This document shows positions 23,103 to 34,134 of a stretch of DNA of 64,000 bases, piece by piece. The stretch spans positions 372,001 to 436,000 of the forward strand of contig CBFFRQ010000032.1 of assembly GCA_965644315.1 (NCBI GenBank). The letters run 5' to 3'. The notes under the pieces are model-generated. The model was not told the DNA's origin. It saw nothing but the letters and a program-made list of their open reading frames with translations, and did no database searches. Numbering within the stretch: the first letter of the stretch is position 1; each line of letters starts with the position of its first letter. The DNA is from Caecitellus pseudoparvulus. Taxonomy: Eukaryota; Protista; Bigyra: Bicosoecida. Position numbers and translations under genes: made by a program.

Positions 23103-24269
23103 TCACTCGTCGTGCCCATCTTGGCGGCGTTTCTTGGCGCGGTACTCGGCGGCCCTGCGAGCGTCCTCCTCGCGCAGCTGCTGCACCTTGGCGCTTTGCT
23201 CTTGCTCCAGCTGCTTTATCCTCTGCAGCTCAATGGCACGGCCGATTGCGGTGCCTTGCAAGTGCTGGCCACTGGCGCTCTCAGCGAAGGTGGTGCTCTT
23301 CGTGCGGCGCACGCTGCGTTTCTTGGTCTGGCGAATGAGCGTGCCCTTGGTGAGGGCGGAGTTGGTGAGTTTGGACATGCCTGCCAGTCCCGCTGCCTGC
23401 ATGGCTTTCCGCAGCATGCCGTGGTTGGTTGGCGCCCGGGCGTGGAAGAAGCCTTTGGAGTTGACTCGCGTCTGTTTCCACAGCTCACGCAGGGAGCGAG
23501 TGCCGCCCACCTTGTGCAACTCCACCTCCACGTCGAAGGGGCCTTCGAAAGGCCTGTCCAGGGGCAGGGACGTGCTGGTGAAGTCGTTGAACCAGCGGAA
23601 ATCCCGCTTGTGGAAAATGTGAGGTTCAGAGTGCGCCGCCGTGAAAGCACCGCCGGTGGCGCGCGGGCCCAGCGCCACGGACGCCATCTCCTCCTTCCGC
23701 CCATTTTTCATCGTGTACCGGACGCGGTAGCGTTTGTCAGCGATGACCAGGACATCCCCTCGGAACAGCTGGTGTGTGAGGTCTTCGCTGGTGCGCAAGG
23801 CAGCTTGGCCGACCGTCCCGACGGCAACCCCGCTCAGCTTGATGAGCAGGGGGTCGGTGCGAGGGAAGAGCGTCGGCGGCACTGTCGTCTGTATGCTCTT
23901 CACCTTGATGATGCGCCCCTCGTGCACCAGCCGATCTATGTCCGCCACGACACCTGGGTAGGAGTCTTCCAACTCAGGCTGCAGGGCGCCTTCAGGGTGC
24001 CGCGACAGCCACCGCAGCAGCTCGCTCTCGTTCAGCAGGTCCACCTTGGCGCTGTACTTCAGCTTGCCACCCTCGTCAAAAGCGATGCGGGGGTTTGTCC
24101 GGAGGGAAGGCAGGATGTCGCTGCGGAAGGCCAGGTCTGGCACGCCGATCCGCTTGCCGACGTCATTGAGCGTGACGAAAGGCCTTCCACGCCATTCGCA
24201 CAGGGCCTTCACAACTTTGGCATTCAGGGCAGTGGCGGAGCTGCCCTGCCCAGAGCCAGTGGCGGCCAT
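23103..24269 (-). CDS. GTF2E2: General transcription factor IIE subunit beta (TFA2) with an insertion
   Basis: LRTNPRIAF..KYSAK, ELLRWL..HPEG..ELEDSYPGVVADIDRL..GRI, TLFPR, LRELW and a basic C-terminal tail match TFIIE-beta. Confidence 0.75.
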   Translation of the reverse strand: MAATGSGQGSSATALNAKVVKALCEWRGRPFVTLNDVGKRIGVPDLAFRSDILPSLRTNPRIAFDEGGKLKYSAKVDLLNESELLRWLSRHPEGALQPELEDSYPGVVADIDRLVHEGRIIKVKSIQTTVPPTLFPRTDPLLIKLSGVAVGTVGQAALRTSEDLTHQLFRGDVLVIADKRYRVRYTMKNGRKEEMASVALGPRATGGAFTAAHSEPHIFHKRDFRWFNDFTSTSLPLDRPFEGPFDVEVELHKVGGTRSLRELWKQTRVNSKGFFHARAPTNHGMLRKAMQAAGLAGMSKLTNSALTKGTLIRQTKKRSVRRTKSTTFAESASGQHLQGTAIGRAIELQRIKQLEQEQSAKVQQLREEDARRAAEYRAKKRRQDGHDE

Positions 24270-24439
24270 GTCGGCGTCCAAGTTCCGCACACCTCAGCGA
24301 CGCTTTGACCGACGTGCAAGGCGGCGTGCAGAGGGGCAGCGGCCAGACAAGTGGACAGAGGCAAAAGAAACTACCCTGGCTTGCATTGCGTAGCAGGACT
24401 GTGGATTGTTGTTGCCGCGGCGTTGTGCAGGCACAGCAC

Positions 24440-27400
24440 TCAGCTGCTGGCAGCGGCTTCCTTGGCCGTCTTGGCTGCGCAGGAGGTGGCCACCTTGCTC
24501 AGCACCTCGAAGGTGTCCTTGGACAGGCCTGGCGCGCCGTCATGGGGCGCTGCGCCGATGGCCAGCAGCTCATCCACGCGCTCCATCAGCACGGCGCGCT
24601 GCTCGGGGAAGAGCTGTGTGGCGGAGGTGAAGGCGCCAGCCAGGCGCGCACACACCTGGGGGTTGGCGGGGTCCACCCGCAGCACCATGTCCTTCAGCAC
24701 GTCGTACCCGGAGCCGTCCTTGGCGTGGAACCCGGCCGGGTTGCCGAAGCCCAGCGCGCCGATGGTGGAGTACATCTTGTTGGGCTGCGTCCAGGAGAAG
24801 GCCTCGTGCTGCAGCAGCGTCTGCACGTCAGCGGCGGTGCCGAAGGTGGACTGCGCCCGGAGCCACTTGTCCTTGATCAAGTCGTGGTGCCCGAAGCGCT
24901 CGTAGAACACCGCCAGGCCCTCTGCCCGGTGGGCGTTGCCGCTGGGCAGACCCGCCAGCACGTTCAGCGCCGCGTCGGCGTCGGTCATGTTGGTGGCGTG
25001 GCGCACCAGGGCCACGGCAGCGGCAGGGGCATCCAGGGTATCCTCGCCAGCGCCCCCGCCGGCGGCGGTGGGCTCCGAGGCGGCGCCGGCACCCCCGGCA
25101 CCTGCGCTGCCAGTGTGTGGCGCAGCCAGCGTGATGAGCACTGCAGCGCGCAGCTTGCGCATGCCCTTGGACGTGTTGTCCGTCGTGTACTCGTACTCGC
25201 CACGGCCCTCGGGGTCCTTCAGCGCGCCGCAGGTCTTGTGCCACAGCGCCGTCAGCTCCTCCCGGCAGGCCCCAGCCAGCGCCTGGCGCATGGCGGCCTT
25301 GGCCTTGGCGACGCGCTCAGGGTCCACGCTGCCCAAGGGGTGGCGGCGGGAGGCCTCCCCCAGCAGCACGCTGAGGGGGGGCAGGGCCAGGGTCATGGCG
25401 ACGGTGGAGGGGTCAGCCGTCGGGTCCGCGATGAGGGATCGCATGGCGGCCACGAAGGCGTCGAAGAGGCGCGGCTTGGCGGCCGGCGTGTCGATGGTGT
25501 CGGCGGCGTCCAGGATGACGGACACGGACAGCTCGTTGGACGCGTCCCAGCGGTTGAAGGAGTCGGCGTCGTAGGCCATGCGGAAGAGCGAGTCCGCCTC
25601 GGCGCGGGCCTGCAGCTCGGCGGCGCCGGGCGCCGTGGAGGGCGCACCGTCCGGCCCCAGGGCAGCGGGGCCGCCTGCTGCCGCGTCCACGTCCACATGC
25701 ACGGGGGCGGACCAGCCCCGGAAGACGGAGGGCACGATGGGGCAGGCGGCGGCCTGCTCCGGCGTCAGCGTGGGCAGGGGAGTCACAGCCGAGTCCACCG
25801 CTGCGTTGGCGGCCTTGATGGCGTCTGCCACACTGCCGCCCAGGTCCTCGAACGTGAAGCTCTGGTGCGCCTGGGTCAGGTGCAGGATGACGTTGCCCTT
25901 GCCGAAGACGTCTCCAGAGCCGGGCTGGGCGTCGGCGGAGCCCACGCCAGACAGCGTGCCTGCCAGGCCCGTGCCGTACTCCTCATCCTGCACGCCGCCG
26001 GACGCGGCCGTGCCAGGGGCAGGGTGCAGGGGCAGGTCCTTGCCGTCGGGCCCAAGCAGGCCCACCCGGATGGGGATGTGCATGGGGGGCTTCTGGCCGT
26101 CCTCCAGCTCAGGCGCGTCGGCAGTGGCGGGCATGGTCTGGGAGAAGTGCAGGGTGTACTTGCCACTGGCGGCGTCCCACTCGCCCCGGTACGTCACCTT
26201 GGGCGTACCGGCGTTGCAGTACCACATGCGGAACTGGGCCAGGGGCCCGGCACTGCGGTCAGTGAGGGGCTTCACGCCGCCCCAGGTGCCGTCGGCGTCG
26301 TGCCCTGCAGCTGCGGACTTGCCAGGCCCCTCCCACTTGCCCTCGTTCACCTTCATGATGTCGGCCCACTCGGGGGGGGTGTTGGGCACCCACGGCACGC
26401 GCCCGCCTGTGTGGTCCACCAGCGCGTCCTCCAGGGCATTGATCCAGTCCTCACACGTGACCCCCGTGCCGTCGTGGCGGGCGAAGTACGCGTCTGTCGC
26501 CTTGCGGAAGGCAGCTGGGCCCAGGATGGTGGCGGCCATGCGGATGATCTCGGCGCCCTTGTTGTACACGGTGACGGAGTAGAAGTTGTTCATGGCCACG
26601 ACGGAGTTGGGGCGCACGGGGTGGGCCATGGGCCCTGCGTCCTCAGCGAACTGGCGCGCGCGGATGATGGTGGCGTCCTCAATGCGCTTCACGGCGCGGG
26701 AGGACGTGTCAGCGGAGAACTCTTGGTCCCGGAACACCGTCAGGCCCTCCTTGAGGGTGAGCTGGAACCAGTCCCGGCACGTGACGCGGTTGCCAGTCCA
26801 GTTGTGGAACTCCTCGTGTGCCACGACGCCGGCGACGTGGTCGAAGTCGGAGTCCGTGGCGGTTTGCGGCGTGGCCAGGACGTACTTGGTGTTGAAGACG
26901 TTCAGGGACTTGTTCTCCATGGCGCCCATGTTGAAGTCCGACACGGCCACGATGTTGAAGATGTCCAGGTCGTACTCCCGCCCGTACACCTGCTCGTCCC
27001 ACCGCATGGCGTCCTTGATGCTCTGTAGCGCGTGGTGGCACTGGTCCAGGTCGTCGGCCTCTGCGTACACGTGCAGGTCCACCTTGCGCCCGGAGGCCGT
27101 GGTGAACTCGGAGGAGATGCGGCCCAGGGTGGACCCTGCCACCACTGCGAACAGGTAGGATGGCTTGAGGTGGGGGTCGTGCCACTTGGTGAAGTGGCGG
27201 CCGCCCTCCAGGGTGCCCTCCTCCACCAAGTTGCCGTTGGACAGCAGGACGGGGTACGCCTCCGACGCAGAGACGGTGCAGGTGTACTCAGACATGACGT
27301 CGGGGCGGTCCATGTGGTACGCGAAGCGCCGGAAACCCTGCGCCTCCATCTGCGTGCAGTAGTTGCCGCCGGACTTGTACAGGCCGTCCAGGGCAGTGTT

Positions 27401-27967
27401 CTTCTCAGGCTGCTCCGTGACGGTGACCTCCACAATGGCAGGGGCGGCGTCGGCGCCGTCGGGGAACAGCAGGGACCCCGGCACGGTGAGCGTCATGGGG
27501 CCCACCTCCACACCCTGCCCCTCCAGCACTGACGTGCCATTCACCTTGATGTCTTGCAGGGCCATGGCAGCCTTCTCGCCGTCCAGCACGAGGGGGGACG
27601 CATCGAAGGTCAGCTTGGGGTTGGGCACAATGGTGAGAATTGAAGTCACGGTGCTCTCCCCTTCGTGCAGGTCCACCTGGCGCGGGGCGGGCCGGGCGTG
27701 GTGAAGTGCAGCCCTGACGCGTTGATCCGTGGGCACGAGGAACTGCCGCCCAGGGCGGCGCCGCCTGCGCGGCACGCATGGCACTGGCCCCTGCAACTCA
27801 CCAGCAAATCAATCTTGGGGACGAGGTATGCCGTGGGCTTGTAGTCCCCGCGCACCTGCAGGCAGCCGGGCGGCATGCAGTGAAGTCGTGTTGGCGTGGC
27901 AGCCAACTTCCGCATGTGCGTCACGCACGAGCGCCTTGGGGCCTGCGGCTTCTCCGGCGGAAGACAT
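24440..27967 (-). CDS. pepN: M1 alanyl aminopeptidase N, E. coli PepN type
   Basis: GAMENKSLNVFN, HEEFHNWTGNRVTCRDWFQLTLKEGLTVFRDQEFS, NFYSVTVYNKGAE and the C-terminal DPANPQVCARL. Two 5' introns (about 27856-27907 and 27677-27801). Confidence 0.93.
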
Positions 27968-28391
27968 GGCGGAGGGAGGGCAGTGAAAGAATCGAACGGG
28001 GGCAGTCCAACTGCTGGAGATGGACCGGCAAGCAAGCGGGCTTGTCCGAGCAAGAATGCTGCTGCGGCGTGGCAGGCGTCTGGCGGTCTTGGCGGCTGCA
28101 GTGGCGCGGCGGCGAGCTGCTGCGACGGCACTGTGCAACATGGCTTGAGCGGGGCTCAACGAGTCGGACGGGGGGGCAGTGTGTGAAGCGTTTTGAAAGT
28201 GGCGCACGACGCTGCGGGTATGGCCATGCTCGAGCGTCAGCTGGCGCGCGTGGCAAGCGGTGCAGACAGCCGTGGCCCCGCAAAACACGCAGCTCATCAC
28301 ACGGCTGTCGTACACTGCAGGTGCTTGCTCAGGCATCCACCCAGGACAGGTTCGCAGGGGGTTCGCGAGGCGCACACACCGCAGCCCAGAC

Positions 28392-29194
28392 ATGCAGGTT
28401 GCTCCAGCCACTGCGGATGCCTTGACGCAGAGCTGCCTTCAGGGCAGCGCAGCCTACGTGCATGCCCTGGACCACGAGCTGGAGGTGTTGCTGCAGCGTC
28501 TGGACGAGCTGCAGGCGCTGGCTCAGGCTGTATGTGTGCCTCCCTGTCATTGGCTTCGGGCGACCAGGGACTGTGGCCGTGCCTGCTCTGCGCAGGTGAA
28601 AGCAGCTGGACAGCCAAACGTGGAAGTAAATGAATCCATTCTTGCTGCAGTGTCGGCATTGCAAGGGGCGACACAGCGTCTGGACGAGGTAGAGGTGCGT
28701 GGGAGTGTGAAACCCTGGCGAAACGCGGAGCACTGTCGGCACGCCAGGCACGTTGGCGTCTCTCACAGGGGGCCCTGGAGGACACAGAGTGCCAAGTGAA
28801 GGCAGAGGAGCAGCGCCTGGCCGACCTTACAGCCTCCATGCCGGTGCACATCCAGGAGCGACTGCGCCGTCGCAACGCTTCGACGGGCCGCAGCGGTCTC
28901 CAGGGCTGGCTCTCCTCCGCCCTGGCCCGGTCCGAGCGCAGCACACCGGCCACCACCTCCGCCCCACGATCCGAAGCGCCAGCAGCCCCCGCTTCACAAG
29001 CTTCTGGCGGCGAGCGCTTCCTGTCCCGCGCCCAAGGCATGTTCAGTGCATTGGCGCGGCGTATGTCAGGGCCGGGCACAGCCCCTCCAGCCCCTGGCGG
29101 CACAGAAGCCGGCCAGGGGGGCGCAGGGGACGGGGCAGACCAGGAAGCAGCAGCAGCTGAGGGGGAGGCACCTGCGCCGCCGCCCCCTGCCTGA
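28392..29194 (+). CDS. Small coiled-coil protein, BLOC-1 subunit 4 (cappuccino)-like; start uncertain
   Basis: Spliced product (introns 28530-28595 and 28695-28768) reads ALDHELEVLLQRLDELQALAQAVK..QRLDEVE..LEDTECQVKAEEQRL, resembling the BLOC1S4 helical pattern. Confidence 0.45.
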
Positions 29195-29214
29195 TGCAAT
29201 GCAGCCCCCCCCGC

Positions 29215-30186
29215 TCAGGGCAGCAGAGCGCTGTCTCGCCGGTCCACTGCCCGGCGCCCACAGCTGTGCAGGGCCACGAGGAAGGCCGCCACGAGGAGCA
29301 CCCCCCCCACCATGGCGCCCATGATGGCCAGGGCCAGCGTCCCCCGGCGCAGCGTGATGCTATCCTGTGCCGGCGGCGGGGGGGGTGGCGTCGCTCCTGG
29401 CGCCTGCAGGCTGGCCCACACGGCGTGCGCAGCCACCTGGCGGATGAGGGCCAGGTCGGTGGCGAGGGAGGCCGTGGTGGAGTTGGGCGCGTGCACGAAC
29501 ATGGCCGGGAGCAGCCCCCCTCGGGGCGTGACCACCTGCCTGCTGCGCAGCAAGTGCAGGCTGCGGTACAGTACTTCGTTGCAGTAGTACTGGCCGGCGT
29601 TACGGCTCCACACTTGCCGGGCGTCGGCGAGGGAGGCGTTGAACTGCGCGGCGGCGGAGATGGACGCCATGTCCACCCAGCCGAGGTCCACCGTGGTGGG
29701 CAGCATGTCTGGCGCGCCTGGTATGGCAGGGCCGGTGCTGGCGCCGCCGCTGTCGTTGGCGAGGTTGTTGCTGGCCACTGTCTCCAGCTTCAGGCCCTTG
29801 GCTTGGTTCTCCAGGCCCGTGTGCAGCACCATGTCAAAGGGCAGAGATGACGCACTGTCCAGGGCCTGCGACAGGTACTGCGTCGTCCACATGGCGCCCG
29901 TGCGGTTCACTGGCAGCACGTGCGCCTCGAAGCACAGGGACAGCGTCGTGGTGGTTTGCACGCCAGGCATGGGTAGCAGCTGCACTTCCCAGCAGGGGTT
30001 TTCTTGCAGGTGCAGCGCCATTTTCATCGTGGGGTTCGTGGTGAAGTTCAGGAAGGGGCCGAATCCAGTGAAGAGCACCTTGTAGGCACCCTCGCCGCGC
30101 AGCAGCGGGACTTGCAAGGAAGCGAATTCCGCAGACGCTGCCCCCAGCAGCGCCCAAGCGCCCAGGATGGAGAGGAGGCGCAGCAT
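29215..30186 (-). CDS. Pyroglutamyl-peptidase I (C15) with signal peptide and C-terminal transmembrane helix
   Basis: KVLFTGFGPF..NPT, and the catalytic Glu (LKLETVA), Cys (AGQYYCNEVLY) and His (MFVHAP). Hydrophobic N-terminus MLRLLSILGAWALLGAASA and TM segment LALAIMGAMVGGVLLVAAFLVAL. Confidence 0.85.
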   Translation of the reverse strand: MLRLLSILGAWALLGAASAEFASLQVPLLRGEGAYKVLFTGFGPFLNFTTNPTMKMALHLQENPCWEVQLLPMPGVQTTTTLSLCFEAHVLPVNRTGAMWTTQYLSQALDSASSLPFDMVLHTGLENQAKGLKLETVASNNLANDSGGASTGPAIPGAPDMLPTTVDLGWVDMASISAAAQFNASLADARQVWSRNAGQYYCNEVLYRSLHLLRSRQVVTPRGGLLPAMFVHAPNSTTASLATDLALIRQVAAHAVWASLQAPGATPPPPPPAQDSITLRRGTLALAIMGAMVGGVLLVAAFLVALHSCGRRAVDRRDSALLP

Positions 30187-30525
30187 GTTCTGGAGCGCAG
30201 TGTGCCCTGCTTCACAAAGTAGGGCCGCTTCCCAGCCAGGCAGCGCGCTGCAGTGGAGTGATGGACTTTGGCGGCGTCGCCTGGTCACTGGCGGACTGGA
30301 CAATGCTACATTCACAAACTCAAAGCAACGCACCGCAGGTGCTTGGAGGTGGCGTGGCCTGGAAAGTGGGGCCACGAGTCCACACTTGGCAAGGCTGTCA
30401 GCGATGACACCCCGTCAGGGGGGGGAGTGGGTGCGTCGGCGGCACACCTTCTCACAGTGACTCGGTACACTCCCACCCATTGCTGTGGGAGGAGGTGGCC
30501 ATGGCCAAACGCGCCACACCTGGTA

Positions 30526-31593
30526 TCATGCAGAGCTGCTGTCGCTAGATACATCCAGGCTTGGCGCTGGCCTGTTGGTGGGTTTGCCTCCCCTTCTGTA
30601 CGCACGCAGCAGTGCCGCCTGGGCGGCTGAAGCCGCAGACGAATCGGAGTCAGAATCAGAGGGCACAGCCGACTGCACGTTGGGAACAACGCTGGGGACG
30701 ACTGTTCTGACGGGGCCAGGCGCAGCCTTTGGCGCTGGCTTGGCCCTCGGAGCAGAGCGCGCGCTGGCTTTCGCCATTCCCACGTCACTCGCAGCTCTCG
30801 GCACGTGTGTCGGCTTCTTCTTGCGACGCAGCCGCCGGGGCCCAGGCTTGGGCGCAGGCGGGGCGCTGCTCTTCACCTGCTGCGCCTTTTCCTGCCGTGC
30901 CGCCTTCACCGCGGCACGAAGGGAGGCGATGTGTGCCTGGGCCGCGCCGAGCTGCTGCGTCAAGGCGGCCACCTCCTGCTGAGCTGCTTCGGCCTGTGTC
31001 TCCGCCGTGGCCACTTTGCTCTGCAGCTCTGTGGCCTTAGCCTCGCACGCCTGGCGCCGCCGCCGCTCGGTGTGTGCCTGGCGCGCGGCGGCTTTGACCT
31101 TCGCCGCTGCTGCCTGGCAAGCCGAGCATGGGGCAGGGCTGGGAGCGGGGGCCTGCGGGGGCGGCTCCCTGGCATGCCTGGAGGCTGAGCGCGCACGTCG
31201 TCGTGGCTTGGGGGCAGCGGCGGGCTGCTGGCGAACGGGGGCCAGAGGCTGGCGGCTGCTGAGAGAGTGGGCTGGGGCGGTGGACGGCACAGAGCCACCG
31301 CCCATGGGTGGCACTTGCACGCTGGGCAAAGGGACTGGTGAAGAGGAGGGTGTGGTGTGTGTCTGGCGAGTTGGAGCTCGTGGTGGGGCTGGGGGAGCCA
31401 CACACGGCGCTGGCGTTGGCGCTGCTTGCAACGGCTGGGCCGGGCGACGCGGCTGCACGCCTGCCTCGATGAGCTGCCGCAGCTGGTCAAAGGTGTCGCA
31501 CTGCATGATGTCGGAAACAGATGGGCTGCGCACGCCCTGGCGCGTGCCTTGCAGCAACTCCACGGCGCCAAACTGCCGCATCGCCTCGGCCAT
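30526..31593 (-). CDS. Hypothetical Pro-rich/coiled-coil protein; start uncertain
   Basis: Long ORF filling the gap between genes, with a coiled-coil stretch (KATELQSKVATAETQAEAAQQEVAALTQQL). No family recognised. Confidence 0.5.
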   Translation of the reverse strand: MAEAMRQFGAVELLQGTRQGVRSPSVSDIMQCDTFDQLRQLIEAGVQPRRPAQPLQAAPTPAPCVAPPAPPRAPTRQTHTTPSSSPVPLPSVQVPPMGGGSVPSTAPAHSLSSRQPLAPVRQQPAAAPKPRRRARSASRHAREPPPQAPAPSPAPCSACQAAAAKVKAAARQAHTERRRRQACEAKATELQSKVATAETQAEAAQQEVAALTQQLGAAQAHIASLRAAVKAARQEKAQQVKSSAPPAPKPGPRRLRRKKKPTHVPRAASDVGMAKASARSAPRAKPAPKAAPGPVRTVVPSVVPNVQSAVPSDSDSDSSAASAAQAALLRAYRRGGKPTNRPAPSLDVSSDSSSA

Positions 31594-31790
31594 GGCTTCG
31601 CAGTCGATTTCCGCAGTGCCCCGTGCCGCCTCGAAGAAACGCTGGCAGGGTACGGGTAAAACGAAAACGTCACACACCGTTAGTGCTTCAGATTGTGCCT
31701 TGAGGATTGTGCGAGGCGGAGCAGTGTGCCACACGCTGCTTTGCAGCGTGTGAGCGCTGCGCGGAAATTGGTTCCACGCAGCAAGGCGAC

Positions 31791-33872
31791 ATGCGTGCTT
31801 GGAACGCCGCACAGGCTGGCTGCAGGCGGCATGCAGCGCGTGCCTTTGTTAATACGCTTCATGGGTCCAGAATCCCCCCGCCTGCACGCCTCAGGTGTGT
31901 CGCACGGGGCACGTCGCCGGGGGTGCCGCACACAGCCTGGCTTTCCACGGCGGCCAACGCCGCCAAGTCCAATCCTGGCAAGAAAGCAGAGGTGCACTGT
32001 GCAGGGTGTGGCGTTGGGCTGCAGACTCGCAGCAAGGATGGCGCGGGGTACATTCCCTCGGCTGACATGGTGGTGGCCCTGGCAGCGCCTGACGCGTCAG
32101 CCAGTGGCGTCATTTGCCAGCGCTGTTACCAGGCCAAGCACTACGGGCGCCTGACGCCCGTGACGGTGCCGGAGGAGGACTTCTCGGCGTACCTGTCGGC
32201 CATCCAAGAAGTGGACTGCCTCGTCGTGCACGTCGTGGACATTTTCGACTTCGAAGGCAGCCTGCTCCCCCACGCCGCCGCGGCCATCGGCGGCAAACCT
32301 CGCATCCTGGTCGTGAACAAGTGTGACTTGCTGCCACGTGGCACAGCCCTGCACCGAGTGACTCAGTGGGTGCGCCGCCAAGCCAAGGCCGCTGGCGTGA
32401 AGGGCCTGCTGGAGGTGCTGCCGGTGTCCGCCGTGACGGGGCAGGGCTTCGAGGAGCTGTGTGGGTCAGTGCGGGCCCACCGCAAAGGCCGTGATGTGTA
32501 CGTGATTGGCGCCGCCAACGCCGGCAAGAGCAGCTTCGTGAACCGCCTCATGGCAGAGGTGTGGCTGGATTCTGTGCCCCGGCTAGACCCCCGCGCAGCC
32601 CGGCGGTCTGCTCGCCAGGCCACGGCGGTGGAGTTGGCTGCACCCCCCCCCGGGCTGTCTGTGGGGGACACCTTCACTGGGGACATGCAGGACCTCATGG
32701 CACAGGCTCGACTGGAGGCAGCCACGGCCGCTGGGGCTGCGACGGACCCCGCCCCTCGCACCTCGTGGGTGGCTGGGGAGGAGGAGGGGCCCGGGCCAGG
32801 GGATGTGGAGGGGGCGGTGGCGCTGCAGGGGCCCGGCCGACATGGGCCCACTGCCCGCATGAACGCACAGGGGAAGGTGAAGGGCGCCAACTACGCGGGT
32901 GCTGGGTCGGGGGACGGGCCCATGTCTGCGCTGGCGACGGCTGTCATGGGGGCCGCATCCACCCTGGACCTGCCCCCCGCACTCCTGCCCAAGCGCTTCC
33001 AGCAGGCGGCGGCAAAGGTGGGTGGGGACGCGACGGCAGGCGCCGACAGCATCCTGCCAGACCTGGCGGCGCCCGTGTCCACACAGCGCCAACTGCTCTC
33101 AGCCCTGGCGCTGCCCCTGACCACGTCGCCCCTGCCTGGCACGACGCTGGGCGTGGTGGCGGCGCCCCTGACGCAGCACAGCCGTGTGTACGACACACCC
33201 GGCGTCATCACGCACCCCGCGAAGCAAGCCCTGCTGGAGGAACTGGGCAGGCGGGGCGGCGCCAAGGCGCTGCGCAACATCGTCTGCCCCTCCAAGCGCC
33301 TGCGGCAGCGGCACTACCGCCTGGCACCCGGGCGCAGCCTCTTCCTGGGAGGCCTGGCTCGCCTGGACTACGCCAACGAAGAGGGGGGCGACCGGGACAT
33401 CCTCATCTCCACGACGTCCCCCCTGCCCGTGCACCTCACCTCCACCGCCCGAGCGGAGGAGGTCTTCGACAGTCACGTGGGGGATGGCCGTGTGGCGGGG
33501 CTGGGCGGCTTCCTCACGCCCACCAGTGGGCCCCTGCAGGAACAGCTGCAGTGGGAACTGCGCACCTTCGCGCCGGCAGTCATGGACCAGCTGGAGCGAG
33601 AAGGCCACGCGAGGGTGAGCGGCAACCCGCGCCGCACGCGGCACCGGCGCCAGAATCGCCTGCGCCGGTGTCTGGTGGAGGTGTCCCTGGGTGGCTTCGG
33701 GTGGCTGGGAGTGACGCCCATTGAGATCGAGGGCATGTGGGGGTGGGGGCACACGGTTGCCGGTGCCTCCTTCCGCATGGCTGCCAGCGCTGGTGTGCCC
33801 CTCGCTCTGCGCCCGCCTCTGCTGCCCCATGTCGCGTCAGGCACAGGGCCGAAAGATTGGAGCGACCGTTGA
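31791..33872 (+). CDS. NOA1: Circularly permuted GTPase YqeH/NOA1-like, probably mitochondrial
   Basis: CAGC..CQRCY zinc finger, VVDIFDFEGS, NKCD (G4), GAANAGKSS (G1), TTSPLPGTTL (G2), DTPG (G3) and SLFLGGLARLD, with an Arg-rich presequence. Confidence 0.88.
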   Translation: MRAWNAAQAGCRRHAARAFVNTLHGSRIPPPARLRCVARGTSPGVPHTAWLSTAANAAKSNPGKKAEVHCAGCGVGLQTRSKDGAGYIPSADMVVALAAPDASASGVICQRCYQAKHYGRLTPVTVPEEDFSAYLSAIQEVDCLVVHVVDIFDFEGSLLPHAAAAIGGKPRILVVNKCDLLPRGTALHRVTQWVRRQAKAAGVKGLLEVLPVSAVTGQGFEELCGSVRAHRKGRDVYVIGAANAGKSSFVNRLMAEVWLDSVPRLDPRAARRSARQATAVELAAPPPGLSVGDTFTGDMQDLMAQARLEAATAAGAATDPAPRTSWVAGEEEGPGPGDVEGAVALQGPGRHGPTARMNAQGKVKGANYAGAGSGDGPMSALATAVMGAASTLDLPPALLPKRFQQAAAKVGGDATAGADSILPDLAAPVSTQRQLLSALALPLTTSPLPGTTLGVVAAPLTQHSRVYDTPGVITHPAKQALLEELGRRGGAKALRNIVCPSKRLRQRHYRLAPGRSLFLGGLARLDYANEEGGDRDILISTTSPLPVHLTSTARAEEVFDSHVGDGRVAGLGGFLTPTSGPLQEQLQWELRTFAPAVMDQLEREGHARVSGNPRRTRHRRQNRLRRCLVEVSLGGFGWLGVTPIEIEGMWGWGHTVAGASFRMAASAGVPLALRPPLLPHVASGTGPKDWSDR

Positions 33873-34134
33873 CGCAGCAACAGGCAGGGTGCGTTCCAAT
33901 GCACACGGGCAGCGCCCCGCAGGACACAAAACTCTGCTCAAGGGGTACAAGGTAGCATGGGAAGTGTGTTGGGGACGGCCTGGGGCACCAGCAGCTCTCC
34001 GCTGTGTCAGGGGTGCTGCTGTGGCGCTTGTAGCACCAGTGCCACGGATCGGCTGAAGCCAGTGCTCGTGGGGAGCCCTCACGAACCTCCAGCAGTTCAT
34101 GCTGCAGGCAAACCAAGGTGAAATCAACACGATC

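Noticed and set aside
24305-27028. 907-aa plus-strand ORF opposite pepN, and similar antisense ORFs over TFIIE-beta, the ankyrin-BTB gene, ALDH, NPEPL1 and ISWI
   Set aside because: These are shadow ORFs produced by high GC at third codon positions. They have no motifs and lie fully antisense to well-supported genes.
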